Notes: a model not told the origin generated them from the letters alone. A stretch of 64,000 nt of DNA from an uncultured Pseudomonadales bacterium (GCA_964432115.1 CAYSMC010000033.1:1123-65122); one strand, 5' to 3'. Counted from the stretch's first letter, positions 1-10,471 are shown. Numbers and translations: made by a program.

Positions 1-1965
1 TTAGAAAGAGCTGTACATTGGGCGACTAGTTTTAAGCTATTTCCTAAATTCATTAGAAAATTTATGGCTCAATTTAGTCGTAAACTACTAGGTTTAATGA
101 AAGCGCTTGATCAAGCTGAAAAAACTTCTATCTCACAAAGAGAAATTATTAGAATGTCTATCCAAAATATGGTTCATAAAAAAAACAGAACCGTTATCAC
201 AATTGGTGGCATGAGTATTGGTATTGGGGCAATTGTTTTTTTGGTATCAATAGGATTTGGCTTGCAAGATTTAGTAGTTTCTAGAATTGCTAAGTTAGAA
301 GAAATGAGACAGGCAGACATAATGCCTGATGCTCAGGGACAAGTATTCATTGATGACGGATCGCTTAGCGAATTTCAAAAAATTGGTGGAGTGGAAGAAG
401 TTTATCCTCTTATTTCGCTTGTGGGTCGAGTGAACATTAATAACTCAGTAACAGACGCCGTAGTTCATGGAGTAACAGGTGATTATTTAACTAATTCAGC
501 AATGAAGCCAATTAAAGGTGCTTTTTTTGAAAATAATCAAATTGCAAGAGAGCTTGATTCTGATGTGGGAGAGGTAGCTGGTATAGCTACATCGATCTAT
601 GAAGAGGCTGCTTATCAAAAAGGGGTATCTATTCAGGATTTGTTTTTTACCATAGATGCAGATACTTGATTGAGGGTTCGTTCTGGGCCAGGAACAGAGT
701 ATCCAATTATTGGATATACTAGAAGAATTGAAGGAAGCCAAGAGGGTGAAGAAGTTTGGGGCAGTTATTATCAATCTGAAGATGGGGCTGGGGAAGCTGC
801 TGTTGATAGTTCGGGAAATAATCTCGGACGTTGGATTAAAAGCAATTTTCCAATATGGAAGTCAACTGGATGTATAGATGATGATAACGTTGTTGAAGAA
901 GAGGGTTTATTAGCAGAATGTGAAGCTGGCTATCAAAAGATTGAAACGGTTGATGGACAAATGTGGATGGAGGGCTATATAGCAGAAATTGCTGTTTCGC
1001 TGCAAGAATTGCCCGACTTAGTTGATCCAAGAGTTTTGGGAGAAACAACTGAATTGGGAGATAATCAAGAAATTGCAACAGCCAGCGCAATTGATCAAGA
1101 GATAGTCGAATTTCTACAAGCAACGAACTCTTCTGAACTGCAATCAGTAACTAAGATTCCTCTAGATGCACGGGCTCAAAGACAAGCAGTAATTAATGAA
1201 TCGATGGCGCAAGTTTTAGGGATGACAGACGAATCTCCTATTGGAAAAGTTTTTCAAATTTCTTTTATTTTAGTAGAGGAAACTATGTCTGATGAGCAAG
1301 ATCAGAAGGTAGAGACAGAACCTGATACTTATGAAATTGTGGGTGTTTTATCTGGTGGTCAGAATCCGATTATTTATGTGCCATTTATTGATTTAAGGAG
1401 TTTAGGTATTGATCGTTTTTCGCAAGCTAGAATCGATGTAGAAAATACAGATGTTTTGCAAGAAGCCAGAGTTAAGGTGGAGGCTATGGGTTATGGTACT
1501 AGTTCTGTTGCAGATACTGTAAAACAAGTTGAAGATTTATTTGCCTCTTTGCGTCTGGTGCTGGGAACACTAGGAATGGTTGCTTTAGCAGTCGCAGCTC
1601 TCGGTATGTTTAACACGCTAACAATATCATTATTAGAGAGAACTAGAGAAGTGGGAGTATTAAAATCGATGGGAATGAAATCTAAAGAAGTGAAAAACTT
1701 ATTTCTAACAGAATCAATGATCATGGGCTTTTTTGGTGGAATAATTGGCATTATGTTTGGCATATTATCAGGAAAATTGCTTAGTTTAATTTTGTCATTG
1801 TTTTCTTTAATGAAGGGTGTGGGTTTCATTAATGTAGTTCATTTGCCGTTTAGTTTTGCTCTCACTATTATTCTCTTATCCTTAATGGTGGGTTTTGTTA
1901 CCGGATATTATCCAGCTAAAAGAGCAACAAAAATCTCAGCCCTTAATGCTCTACGTTATGAGTAA
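1..1965 (+). pseudogene. MacB/FtsX-family ABC transporter permease with an SH3b-like insert, interrupted by one in-frame TGA at 667-669; 5' end lies outside the window
   Basis: The frame is open from base 1. ORFs 64..669 and 670..1965 are contiguous and in the same frame. N-terminal 'RTVITIGGMSIGIGAIVFLVSIGFG' and C-terminal 'ERTREVGVLKSMG...YPAKRATKISALNALRYE' are FtsX/MacB motifs. 'LRVRSGPGTEYPIIG' is SH3b-like. Confidence 0.85.
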
Positions 1966-2004
1966 AAATTTGAACTTTTCGGAGAGTCAGCAGAATTGTT
2001 TTAA

Positions 2005-2385
2005 TTAAAAAAACAGCAATAAATATAACATTTGTATTAACATTTTTTTAAGTTCCTCAACAGTTTTAGCTTTTTTTAATTCTTTGATTTGATGGCCATT
2101 GAGTTGTACGTAATTTTCTACTCCGGCTTTTTTTGCCACTCTCATTTGAGCAGCTTTATGTCCATTGTTGTTGTCGTTTTTGCCGTTGCCAATTTCTACA
2201 TGCACGCTTTGATTGGTTTCTGGATCAGTTACAAAAAAATCCGGATGAGTAACCACTTTATCTTTTCTACCGTTATGATTTTTTACTGGCTCATCAATTC
2301 TAATTGTCTTAGCATCTTTTACAATAAAGCCTGCAGCCTTTGCTTGCTTTTCAAAAATTATCTCTAATGAGTGTCTTCTGCCCAT
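2005..2385 (-). CDS. Hypothetical protein with a PD-(D/E)xK nuclease-like motif
   Basis: 'SLE...F...G...THPDFFV...VHVEIGNGK' resembles the restriction-endonuclease-like fold; lies 15 nt downstream of the nucleotidase gene. Confidence 0.55.
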   Translation of the reverse strand: MGRRHSLEIIFEKQAKAAGFIVKDAKTIRIDEPVKNHNGRKDKVVTHPDFFVTDPETNQSVHVEIGNGKNDNNNGHKAAQMRVAKKAGVENYVQLNGHQIKELKKAKTVEELKKMLIQMLYLLLFF

Positions 2386-2400
2386 ATCTTTAAAAATGAA

Positions 2401-3897
2401 TTACTTAATATATCTTAATCTACCTTCAACCTGACTTTGAATGTTTTGGTGAGTGCGCAAGTATTCTTCTAGTATTTGTTGGGCAGAAGTGCTAACAACT
2501 TTTGACTCGCCATGTTCTAACAGTTCTTTTTCAGAAATATTTAGATAAGCCTGACTATTACTAAAGTGATAGCCTTGAAGAGTCAGGGTGTAAATTGTTG
2601 TATTGTTAACATTTTTATTATTAATTTTTAAACTGCTCAATTTTTTTTGACCCTCATTGTAAACGGCTTCAACCTCTTTATTGATTTGATAACATTCACC
2701 CTCACTATTGCGATTGCTCGGACGCATAATGTAAGCAAAAATTTGCTTTAATTGTTGACCACTAACTTGAAAACGAGTTAAAGCGTCATCGTAGGGAAAA
2801 CAGGCAATAAAGTCTTTTAATCTTACTAAAGGACCCAGTTCTTTAACCCTGATTGAACCACTACCCACCAACATCACATCTGTTCCACTGGATTGAGTAA
2901 AAGCATCGGCTATTAAATTGCCCAAACTAGTTTCGATTTCTCGCTTGGGGTGGGTCAATTTAGTCGCGGTTTTGCATACTAAAGTATTATATTTTTCATC
3001 AACCTTTTTTTTGAAAGATTGAATAAATTTTTCTAAATCGTGGTCTGGTTCTGCTAAACTTTCATCAATGGGAATTAATTGCCAGTGGTAATCGACAATG
3101 CTGTTGGTGTCGTCATCAACAATAATGTCAAAGCGGCCAATTTGATCAGAACCTACTCCAGCCTGAGCGATTAAAACATTATTAACCATAGCTGGTTCTT
3201 TGAGTACGGTGTGAGAATGGCCACCAATAATCATATCCACACCCCACTCAGGATCCAACAGTTTAGCCAATTTTATATCAGACTCGTAACCAATGTGAGT
3301 TAGTAAAATAGTGAGATCAATGTCATCATTTTTGTAGGCATTGCAAATTTTTCCAACTTCTTGGCTTGCTTCTTCCAAATCAATAAAGCTACCAATTAGT
3401 TGGTCTTGTTTTAAGGAATCCATAATTTTCTCTGTGATAATGCCAGTAAATAAAACATCAAAACCATCCTTTTTTAAAATTAAATAAGGATTCATTAAGC
3501 GTTTGTTATATTTTTTAATGTAGAGATTAGCATTAACAATCGGAAAATTAGCCATTTTTTCTAAAAATAAAAGATGGGGTAAACCATAATCTAATTCATG
3601 ATTGCCTAAAGTAACAACATCAGGCGCCAAATAATTCATAATTTCTATGGTAGAAATACCTTTGTATTGACTGTCGATCAGTGAGCCTTGCAGCATGTCA
3701 CCGGCAATTAAATAAAAAACATTTTTTTCTTCAGCGCGGACTTTATTAATATATCCAGATAAAAGTGCTAAGCCACCCATTAACTTTCCCTTTTTTCCTT
3801 GGACTTCAGCCAGAAAATCACCATGAATGTCATTGGAATGTAAAATGGTAAATTTTTTTAAATTTTTTGGTAGCGCTTTTTTACTGTGTTTTAGCAT
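2401..3897 (-). CDS. Bifunctional metallophosphatase/5'-nucleotidase (UshA/CpdB family), no signal peptide
   Basis: Motifs 'ILHSNDIHG', 'AGD', 'LGNHELDYG', 'IIGGHSH' and 'ETSLGNLIADA'. Confidence 0.9.
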   Translation of the reverse strand: MLKHSKKALPKNLKKFTILHSNDIHGDFLAEVQGKKGKLMGGLALLSGYINKVRAEEKNVFYLIAGDMLQGSLIDSQYKGISTIEIMNYLAPDVVTLGNHELDYGLPHLLFLEKMANFPIVNANLYIKKYNKRLMNPYLILKKDGFDVLFTGIITEKIMDSLKQDQLIGSFIDLEEASQEVGKICNAYKNDDIDLTILLTHIGYESDIKLAKLLDPEWGVDMIIGGHSHTVLKEPAMVNNVLIAQAGVGSDQIGRFDIIVDDDTNSIVDYHWQLIPIDESLAEPDHDLEKFIQSFKKKVDEKYNTLVCKTATKLTHPKREIETSLGNLIADAFTQSSGTDVMLVGSGSIRVKELGPLVRLKDFIACFPYDDALTRFQVSGQQLKQIFAYIMRPSNRNSEGECYQINKEVEAVYNEGQKKLSSLKINNKNVNNTTIYTLTLQGYHFSNSQAYLNISEKELLEHGESKVVSTSAQQILEEYLRTHQNIQSQVEGRLRYIK

Positions 3898-3921
3898 AAA
3901 TGTATTTTAATTAATATCTTT

Positions 3922-4272
3922 TTATTTCTTTGCTTTTGTTTTACGTTCCTCAATTTTTTTAAGAGTATACATAATACGATCGTGTAGATTAATATTTTTA
4001 ATTCGAGCAAAACGTAGAATTGTAACCAACAAATCCCCAAGTTCTTGTTCATATGATTCATCGGTTTGTGCTGCAATATTGGTTTTTTTCCGTCCATGTT
4101 CAGCTAAATAAGCACGTGACATTTCTCCTAATTCTTCAAGCAGGCTCAAAATCATGATTGAGCCAAATTCTTTAGAATAGCGCTTGCCTTTGTCAATTCT
4201 ATCTAGAACTTTAAAATATTCCCCAAAGGGGGTGTCGTGGTAGGGTTGGGTTTTTTTTGCTTGCTTACTCAT
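3922..4272 (-). CDS. MazG-like nucleotide pyrophosphohydrolase
   Basis: 'LLEELGEM...EQELGDLL' matches the EExxE/ExGD MazG signature. Confidence 0.85.
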   Translation of the reverse strand: MSKQAKKTQPYHDTPFGEYFKVLDRIDKGKRYSKEFGSIMILSLLEELGEMSRAYLAEHGRKKTNIAAQTDESYEQELGDLLVTILRFARIKNINLHDRIMYTLKKIEERKTKAKK

Positions 4273-4403
4273 AAAAGTATCTTATCAGCCAATACAAACA
4301 ATGTCGAATGATTTTTGTCTATGTCTAACAGCACAGTTATTAATAGCCAAATATCGCTTTTTATTTTTTTTGTTTTATAAAAATAAACAATAAATAAGAG
4401 TTT

Positions 4404-5030
4404 TCAAACTAATGGCACAAATCTAACTAAACCAAAACTTTCTTGTTCAAAGCCAGAGTTTGTTTTTTTAACTCTAATAATTTTTTGGCCATTTATTATT
4501 TTTAGGGGTAAAACAATTCTGCCGCCAATAGCTAGTTGCTCCTTCCAAGCCTCCGGAATATCTGAGCTAGCTGCGGCTGATTTGATGGCATCAAAGGGCG
4601 CTTCAGAAGACAAACCTAAACGTCCGTCTCCTTGTATGACTGTAACGTTTGTGTAGCCCAGTTTATTTAATCTTTCTTTTGCTTCTTCTGCTAAACTTTC
4701 TATTGTTTCTATTGTAAAGACTTCTTGACAAAGATAGCTAAGAATCGCAGCTTGATAGCCAGAGCCAGTGCCAATGTCTAATACTTTTTCGTTGCCGGTT
4801 AGTTGGAGAAGTTGACACATTTTGGCGACCACGTAGGGTTGAGAGATAGTTTGATTTTTACTGATTGGTAGAGGATTGTCACTGTAGGCTTGATCTTGCA
4901 GTGAAGCTGGTATAAATTTTTCTCTAGGAACTTTTTTGAAAGCGGCCAAAACCTGCTGATTAGTAATATCTCTAGCTTGCAATTGACTGCAAACCATTGC
5001 CTCTCTTCGTTGTTTGAAGACATTTAACAT
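4404..5030 (-). CDS. pcm: Protein-L-isoaspartate O-methyltransferase
   Basis: 'VPREKF', 'QTISQPY', 'VLDIGTGSGYQAA' and 'VRFVPLV'. Confidence 0.95.
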   Translation of the reverse strand: MLNVFKQRREAMVCSQLQARDITNQQVLAAFKKVPREKFIPASLQDQAYSDNPLPISKNQTISQPYVVAKMCQLLQLTGNEKVLDIGTGSGYQAAILSYLCQEVFTIETIESLAEEAKERLNKLGYTNVTVIQGDGRLGLSSEAPFDAIKSAAASSDIPEAWKEQLAIGGRIVLPLKIINGQKIIRVKKTNSGFEQESFGLVRFVPLV

Positions 5031-5055
5031 AAAGGAGTTAACTTACGTTATCTTA

Positions 5056-6660
5056 TCATGAAGCGAAAAACATTAACTCAGTGTTGTATGGAGGCAGGTT
5101 AATTTTAAGATTTTTTTCATCATTTTCAAGATGAGAGTAAAGATTTTCGTTGAGCTGATAAGTGCTGATAGCCTGATAATTATTTTGTTGAGGTATTTGT
5201 GCCTGAGTATGGTCTTTGCCCATATTAATGCACACTAAAGCTTTTATTGCTCGATCACTAGATATTACTTCTAACACTGCCAAATTTGATGCTTGTTTAT
5301 GAATTTTAGTCATTGACCACTGACCTTCACGAAAGAGTTTTGATTGTTTGAGTTGTAGTAAATTTTGATAATAACTTTTTAATTGATAATCTTTCTCTTC
5401 TTGAGGGGAACGAGTAATCTGCATTGGTGGCCTAATAGCTCTTCCTTCTTCTTGACCCTGATTGATAAGTAGCATGGTATTAGGCAAAAAACTGATTAAA
5501 GCGGCTGCTGCTTGAGAGAAATCTTTACCCATGATTTTTGTAGCGCGCTCTTCATCATGATTTTCTAGGTAGACTGTGTCTCTGCAAGTTCGCTGATCGT
5601 TAGCACAATGAAGCAAATGAGCGATATGCTCTTTTAAATTATGACAATTTTCCCCGCGAGCTACTCTTAGTAAGTGCTTATAAAGTTCGTCACGATAGAT
5701 ATAATCAAAATTTTCTGCCAAAAGATCCTTTCCCCAATACGCCTCCGCCATAAAATCAAAAGATTTTCCCAAAGACGTTGCTTTGGCTTTGGCTTGAGGA
5801 ATGGCCTCATGCCAAAATGGATGTTTGGTAATGAAATCACATTCTTCATTGTTCAAAGTCCAGCCCCAAGTATGTAGAAAAGTAGAGGGATTGAGCAACA
5901 TTGCCATGTCGCATCTCAAACCATCAACGTGATCAACTAATGATAGCAATTGCTTAGTCATGGCTTGATGAACTTCTGGACGACCATAGTTAAGCTGCAA
6001 GGTATCGGCCCACTCTGGGTAATTGGGATCTTTACCATGAGCTAAGTAGTGAGCTTGACCCCGCCCATTGTCAACGGCTTGGTAAAAATTAGGATGAGCC
6101 TGATATTGCCACTCGGAACCTTGAATAAAATATTCTGGATGCTCAATGGTCCAAGGATGATCTACAGCTGTGTGATTAGGTACAAAATCAATAAAAACTT
6201 TTTTATCTTTACTATGCAGTTTTTCTACCATATGATCCCAAGTTTGCCAATCTTTTACTAAATGTGGATTTGGCAAATAGTTGGCAACGGCAAAAGGACT
6301 GGCAACCACATCTTTTTCAGCATCTATATCTGGGAGAGCATAGGTATACTGATGAGTGTATTTTTTGGCGTGATTGGCGCTAAATTGACTGGGTAAATAA
6401 ATACCCATAAACCAAAAAATGTCATAATTAGCCAATTTTTCTGCCCACGCCTCATCAGGAATAGTATCAAGGGTTATTACTTTTTGATATTGTTGACTCA
6501 GTTCATTTAACCATAGCCGAGTATTAATCAAGTTAAGACTAAGTTGTTGGTCTTTTTTAGGGCTGGCTTGCAAACAATCGACAAGACGTTGATCAAAAAT
6601 TTCAGGAGAAATTAGTTTTTTTTCTGCTAGCTTATTACCTGTAATCTCTTTATTTATCAT
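5056..6660 (-). CDS. GH13 alpha-amylase-family glycoside hydrolase
   Basis: Catalytic regions 'DFVPNHT', 'DGLRCDMA', 'AEAY' and 'YLENHDE'. Confidence 0.9.
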   Translation of the reverse strand: MINKEITGNKLAEKKLISPEIFDQRLVDCLQASPKKDQQLSLNLINTRLWLNELSQQYQKVITLDTIPDEAWAEKLANYDIFWFMGIYLPSQFSANHAKKYTHQYTYALPDIDAEKDVVASPFAVANYLPNPHLVKDWQTWDHMVEKLHSKDKKVFIDFVPNHTAVDHPWTIEHPEYFIQGSEWQYQAHPNFYQAVDNGRGQAHYLAHGKDPNYPEWADTLQLNYGRPEVHQAMTKQLLSLVDHVDGLRCDMAMLLNPSTFLHTWGWTLNNEECDFITKHPFWHEAIPQAKAKATSLGKSFDFMAEAYWGKDLLAENFDYIYRDELYKHLLRVARGENCHNLKEHIAHLLHCANDQRTCRDTVYLENHDEERATKIMGKDFSQAAAALISFLPNTMLLINQGQEEGRAIRPPMQITRSPQEEKDYQLKSYYQNLLQLKQSKLFREGQWSMTKIHKQASNLAVLEVISSDRAIKALVCINMGKDHTQAQIPQQNNYQAISTYQLNENLYSHLENDEKNLKINLPPYNTELMFFAS

Positions 6661-6847
6661 TATTAAATTTATAAAAAAACAAAGCTAAAACTTGTTTAAT
6701 TTAGCACTGTCTTAATTGATTGTAAATCTCTGAAGAAATTGAAAGCAATGACAGAAACCTTATTTTTCCAGAATCAAAGAAATAGAATTTATAGTTAAAT
6801 TAAATAAAGAGTCTAGATCTTTTTATTAACTATGCTAGACTAAATTA

Positions 6848-7735
6848 GTGGAAGAAAACCCTCAAGTAAATCAAATATTAGATTTGGATTCAGAAAATAG
6901 TCCTATTGTTAATTATCCAGATCAACCCAATAACAATAAACAGAACACTGACAAGGATAAGTTTACAAAATTCCTAAAACTTGCTTTAGTTTTTTTTGCA
7001 ATAATGTTTGTGATTTTAAGCTCTATCTTTGCGTATAAGACTTATTTTTCTTTACCAGCTATTCAATCTTATGAAGAATGTGTTGTTGCTAAGGGAAGCT
7101 CTATTCAAGAATCTTATCCTCCAGTTTGCATTACTAAGAGTGGGCTTAGTTTTACTCAAGAATTAAGTAATTTAATTCCTCCCTCTGTTACTGAAGCACC
7201 AGTTTTGATAGGAGCTGAGGAATGTTATGAGCAAGCCATCAATCTTAAATGTCCAGAGGGAGTTAACTGCATGTTGTTGGCTCCTGAGGATTCTTTCTGC
7301 CAGTGCATGGGGGGCTTTTTGGAAAGAGCTGAAGATTCTACTTTTTGTATTATTGATGAAATAGAATATGGGGGAATATCTTTTGCCGAACTAGATCAAG
7401 GATGGTATTGGGCCAGTTTTAGTGACAAAAAACCTGGAACTCCAGTTGGCTGGGTGTTTAGCAACGCCGGGACACGCAGTGAGGGTTGGTATAAACCCGA
7501 GTCAATAGGGGAAGCCGATTATCTTCTTACAGCTGCTGAAGGCTCTTGTTCAGAAGACTCACAGTGTTATTGGGCAGATCAGGGTTGTGGAGGTGGACAT
7601 GGGGTGTGTACCAACAATCCAGAAAAATATGAAGATTTAATGAGTACTTGTGAGATAAATGAAAAATTCCCAGCAAATTTGGGTTACAGTTGTGGATGTG
7701 TTGAAGCTTTGGGTCAATGTGCTTGGAAAAAATAA
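6848..7735 (+). CDS. Membrane-anchored Cys-rich extracellular hypothetical protein
   Basis: One N-terminal TM helix followed by several small disulfide-type modules ('SYEECV...ESYPPVC', 'CSEDSQC...C'). Confidence 0.75.
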   Translation: MEENPQVNQILDLDSENSPIVNYPDQPNNNKQNTDKDKFTKFLKLALVFFAIMFVILSSIFAYKTYFSLPAIQSYEECVVAKGSSIQESYPPVCITKSGLSFTQELSNLIPPSVTEAPVLIGAEECYEQAINLKCPEGVNCMLLAPEDSFCQCMGGFLERAEDSTFCIIDEIEYGGISFAELDQGWYWASFSDKKPGTPVGWVFSNAGTRSEGWYKPESIGEADYLLTAAEGSCSEDSQCYWADQGCGGGHGVCTNNPEKYEDLMSTCEINEKFPANLGYSCGCVEALGQCAWKK

Positions 7736-7774
7736 GCTTGTTGTTACATTGCAAATTTTGTTATACTGAAAGCT

Positions 7775-8530
7775 ATGACAAATATTAAACCTGCCCCTTC
7801 TCAAAATAGCTTTAATGATCCAGTTATGCCGACCGTTGACTTCAATTCACAGCCAGCTATCAAAACTGCTGTTCAATCACCAACGCCAGATGCTAAAGCT
7901 CCAGTTGCCAATCAAGTTCACGTGCCTAAAGAGCAAATAAATATTAATAAAAACAGAGCTTCAAAAACTGATTCAAATAAACTGTGGATAATCCTGTTAG
8001 TGCTTATTGCAACAATTATTGGTTTTTGGATTGGATATTTTACTAATGAATATTTTTTTCGGAATGATTCTAATCCAAACAATCTTATTGGTGAGGATGG
8101 GCAGACAGCTCCAATTGTTCCACCAACTGTAGAACCAGTTGCTGACCCCACATCAGAACCAGTTGAGGTTAATAAAGAATATATTGTTTTTAAAGATGAA
8201 GAGAATTATTTAAACGATGGCCTAAATTTTATTTCTGATGAACAATGTGTTGAAGATGAAATTGCTATTTTAAAAGCTATTGGGGATGATTATTTAACCA
8301 TTCAAATAAACGAATGGACTTTGCAAGAAGATTCTGGTGAATATCTTGCCGAATTAGTTGATTTTCAAGTTAAAGATCAAGAATGTATTGCAGTTAGACC
8401 AATTTGTCCTAATGTGTTAATTGAGCGTTGTTTCTCTTTAGAAAATATTGATGGGGTCTATCATCTTGATTACGAATTTAGGGAAGGGGAGATGATGCCT
8501 CAGAGTCCTGATCTAGAATCAGAACTTTAA
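7775..8530 (+). CDS. Single-pass membrane hypothetical protein
   Basis: Pro-rich N-terminus, one TM helix and an acidic extracellular part; TATACT lies 7 nt upstream of the ATG. Confidence 0.75.
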   Translation: MTNIKPAPSQNSFNDPVMPTVDFNSQPAIKTAVQSPTPDAKAPVANQVHVPKEQININKNRASKTDSNKLWIILLVLIATIIGFWIGYFTNEYFFRNDSNPNNLIGEDGQTAPIVPPTVEPVADPTSEPVEVNKEYIVFKDEENYLNDGLNFISDEQCVEDEIAILKAIGDDYLTIQINEWTLQEDSGEYLAELVDFQVKDQECIAVRPICPNVLIERCFSLENIDGVYHLDYEFREGEMMPQSPDLESEL

Positions 8531-8585
8531 GCTATTTTCATTCTTGAGCTTTGTGAGAGACTAACTTATATTGCAATATCTGAGT

Positions 8586-9914
8586 ATGTCAAAAAAGAAA
8601 TCCATTTTTATTGTTGTCGTTATTTTTTCTTTAGTTGTGGGTTTGACTGTGGGCCTGTTAATCAGTCATTATCGTGAGCAAATTCCCTTTATTAAAAATT
8701 TAATCAATAAACAATCAGTTAATGAGGAGAGCGAAAACACTTATTTAGCTTTTTTACAAGAGATTCGAGAAATAATTTTTGAAAATTATTGGGACAAAAT
8801 AAATGAGGCTCAATTTATTAAATTACATGTTTTAGCTATTGAAAAACTAACTGGAACTACTTTGGGTGATGGAATAGAAAATTATGAAGATTTAGACCAA
8901 AAAATTCTTGATCTATTAAATGAATATCAAGAAGAAGAGCTTAAACAAGATTTTACTGCCCAATTAGCAGATCTGGTTTTGACTAATTTAGAACCTTTTG
9001 GTCGGAGCCGACTTTATTCTCAGCAACTTGAGCAAGAATTAGTTGAGCGCGTAAGCAATATTGATCCTGAAGCTGATCATTACCAAGCTTTAGGTGTAGA
9101 AAAGAATGCATCGAGCGAAGAGATTAATCAGGCTTATGAGGAACAGCAGGAGATTTTGATAGAAGATGATGGTGAGGAGGCTCGAGCCAAACTAGCAGTC
9201 ATCCAACAAGCTCATAAAACTTTAGCTGATGAAGCTAATAGAAATCGTTATGATGAGGCAGGAGTTAATCCGACCATGGAGTGGCGTTTATTAAGTCCCG
9301 AAGTTTTCTATTTACATATAAAACAATTTTCTCCAAATACTGTTCAAGAACTTTTAGAGGTAACACAAAAAGTCGATGATCGGAGTGAAGAATTAGATTC
9401 TCTAATTTTAGATTTGAGAGCCAATGTTGGTGGGGCTATTGATGGTTTGCCATATTTTTTGGGTCCGTTTATAGGTCCAAACCAATATGCCTATCAATTT
9501 CTTCAACAGGGAGAGATTACTGATTACAAAACACGTAGTGACTGGTTGCCTTCTCTCATGCGCTATAAAAAAGTAGCAGTCCTAATTGACGATCAAGTGC
9601 AATCGACCGCAGAGGTAATGGCCAGTGTTTTAAAAAAATACAATGTCGGGGTATTGATCGGCAGCACTACTATGGGTTGGGGTACTGTAGAACGAGTGTT
9701 TCCTATCGAAAGGCAAATTAGTGACAGCAAACAATATTCGGTTTTTCTAGTGCATCATTTAACTTTACGTGAAGATGGGGTGGTAATTGAAGGTAATGGA
9801 GTTAATCCCATGATTAATGTTAAAGACGTTGGTTGGCAAAGACAGTTGGAGAGATATTTTGGTGATTCAGCTATTGTGCCGGCAATTATGGAACAATTTG
9901 CCGTTCAGGAATAA
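8586..9914 (+). CDS. S41 (CtpA-like) peptidase homolog with an inserted DnaJ-like domain
   Basis: 'LILDLRANVGG', 'VAVLIDDQVQSTAEV' and 'IEGNGVNP' are S41 motifs; 'DHYQALGVEKNASSEEINQAY...RNRYDE' is J-like. ATG at 8586 preferred over TTG at 8571. Confidence 0.8.
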   Translation: MSKKKSIFIVVVIFSLVVGLTVGLLISHYREQIPFIKNLINKQSVNEESENTYLAFLQEIREIIFENYWDKINEAQFIKLHVLAIEKLTGTTLGDGIENYEDLDQKILDLLNEYQEEELKQDFTAQLADLVLTNLEPFGRSRLYSQQLEQELVERVSNIDPEADHYQALGVEKNASSEEINQAYEEQQEILIEDDGEEARAKLAVIQQAHKTLADEANRNRYDEAGVNPTMEWRLLSPEVFYLHIKQFSPNTVQELLEVTQKVDDRSEELDSLILDLRANVGGAIDGLPYFLGPFIGPNQYAYQFLQQGEITDYKTRSDWLPSLMRYKKVAVLIDDQVQSTAEVMASVLKKYNVGVLIGSTTMGWGTVERVFPIERQISDSKQYSVFLVHHLTLREDGVVIEGNGVNPMINVKDVGWQRQLERYFGDSAIVPAIMEQFAVQE

Positions 9915-9976
9915 AAACAGTAATTTTTTCTTGGTGAAATTAATTATGTATTAACGCAACTCAACTCGTTTAAGTT

Positions 9977-10471
9977 TTATATTTTGTTTAGACCCTCATC
10001 TATAGCCAACTTAATGAGTTCTTGAAACACAGTTGGATCAACTGTGTAAATAATAGCGAAAGCATTCACAAAAATAATTCCAGCCAACCAGCGAGTAAAT
10101 CGTCCTCGATTATTGCTAATTAAAACGACAGATAAAACTGCCATTAGGGTGGGACTAATAACCTGGATATTTCCCAGAGGCACACGATACCCGCGGATAT
10201 AAGTAGTGGATTTACCTAAAAATTCTGCTAAATCAAGGTCGATATTAAAGAAAACAAAAACTAATTCAGCAATTAATAAAGCCAACATTCCCCAAGCAGC
10301 AGCTTTAGTACTTTTACCTTCAGTTCGATAAACTTCATAAATAGCGGTGGGAATGAGTAAGATAATTGGAATCAGAGCTTGCTGGTATAACAATCCCAAA
10401 ATAATACCGACAATTGACAAAATAGTTAAAAAAATACAAATGGGAGTAGCGTTTTTAGTAGGTTTTGCCAT
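9977..10471 (-). CDS. Integral membrane hypothetical protein
   Basis: About five hydrophobic segments. Confidence 0.75.
   Translation of the reverse strand: MAKPTKNATPICIFLTILSIVGIILGLLYQQALIPIILLIPTAIYEVYRTEGKSTKAAAWGMLALLIAELVFVFFNIDLDLAEFLGKSTTYIRGYRVPLGNIQVISPTLMAVLSVVLISNNRGRFTRWLAGIIFVNAFAIIYTVDPTVFQELIKLAIDEGLNKI

Noticed and set aside
667-669. Genome-wide TGA recoding (genetic code 25 or 4) or selenocysteine
   Set aside because: TGA terminates pcm, queA and dnaG at their expected C-termini and I saw no other in-frame TGA. There is no convincing SECIS and the position is not a redox-Cys site.
6701-6726. CIRCE-like half site TTAGCACT upstream of the amylase gene
   Set aside because: The right arm does not match. 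It is better explained as the minus-strand extended -10 (TGCTAAATT) of the amylase promoter.
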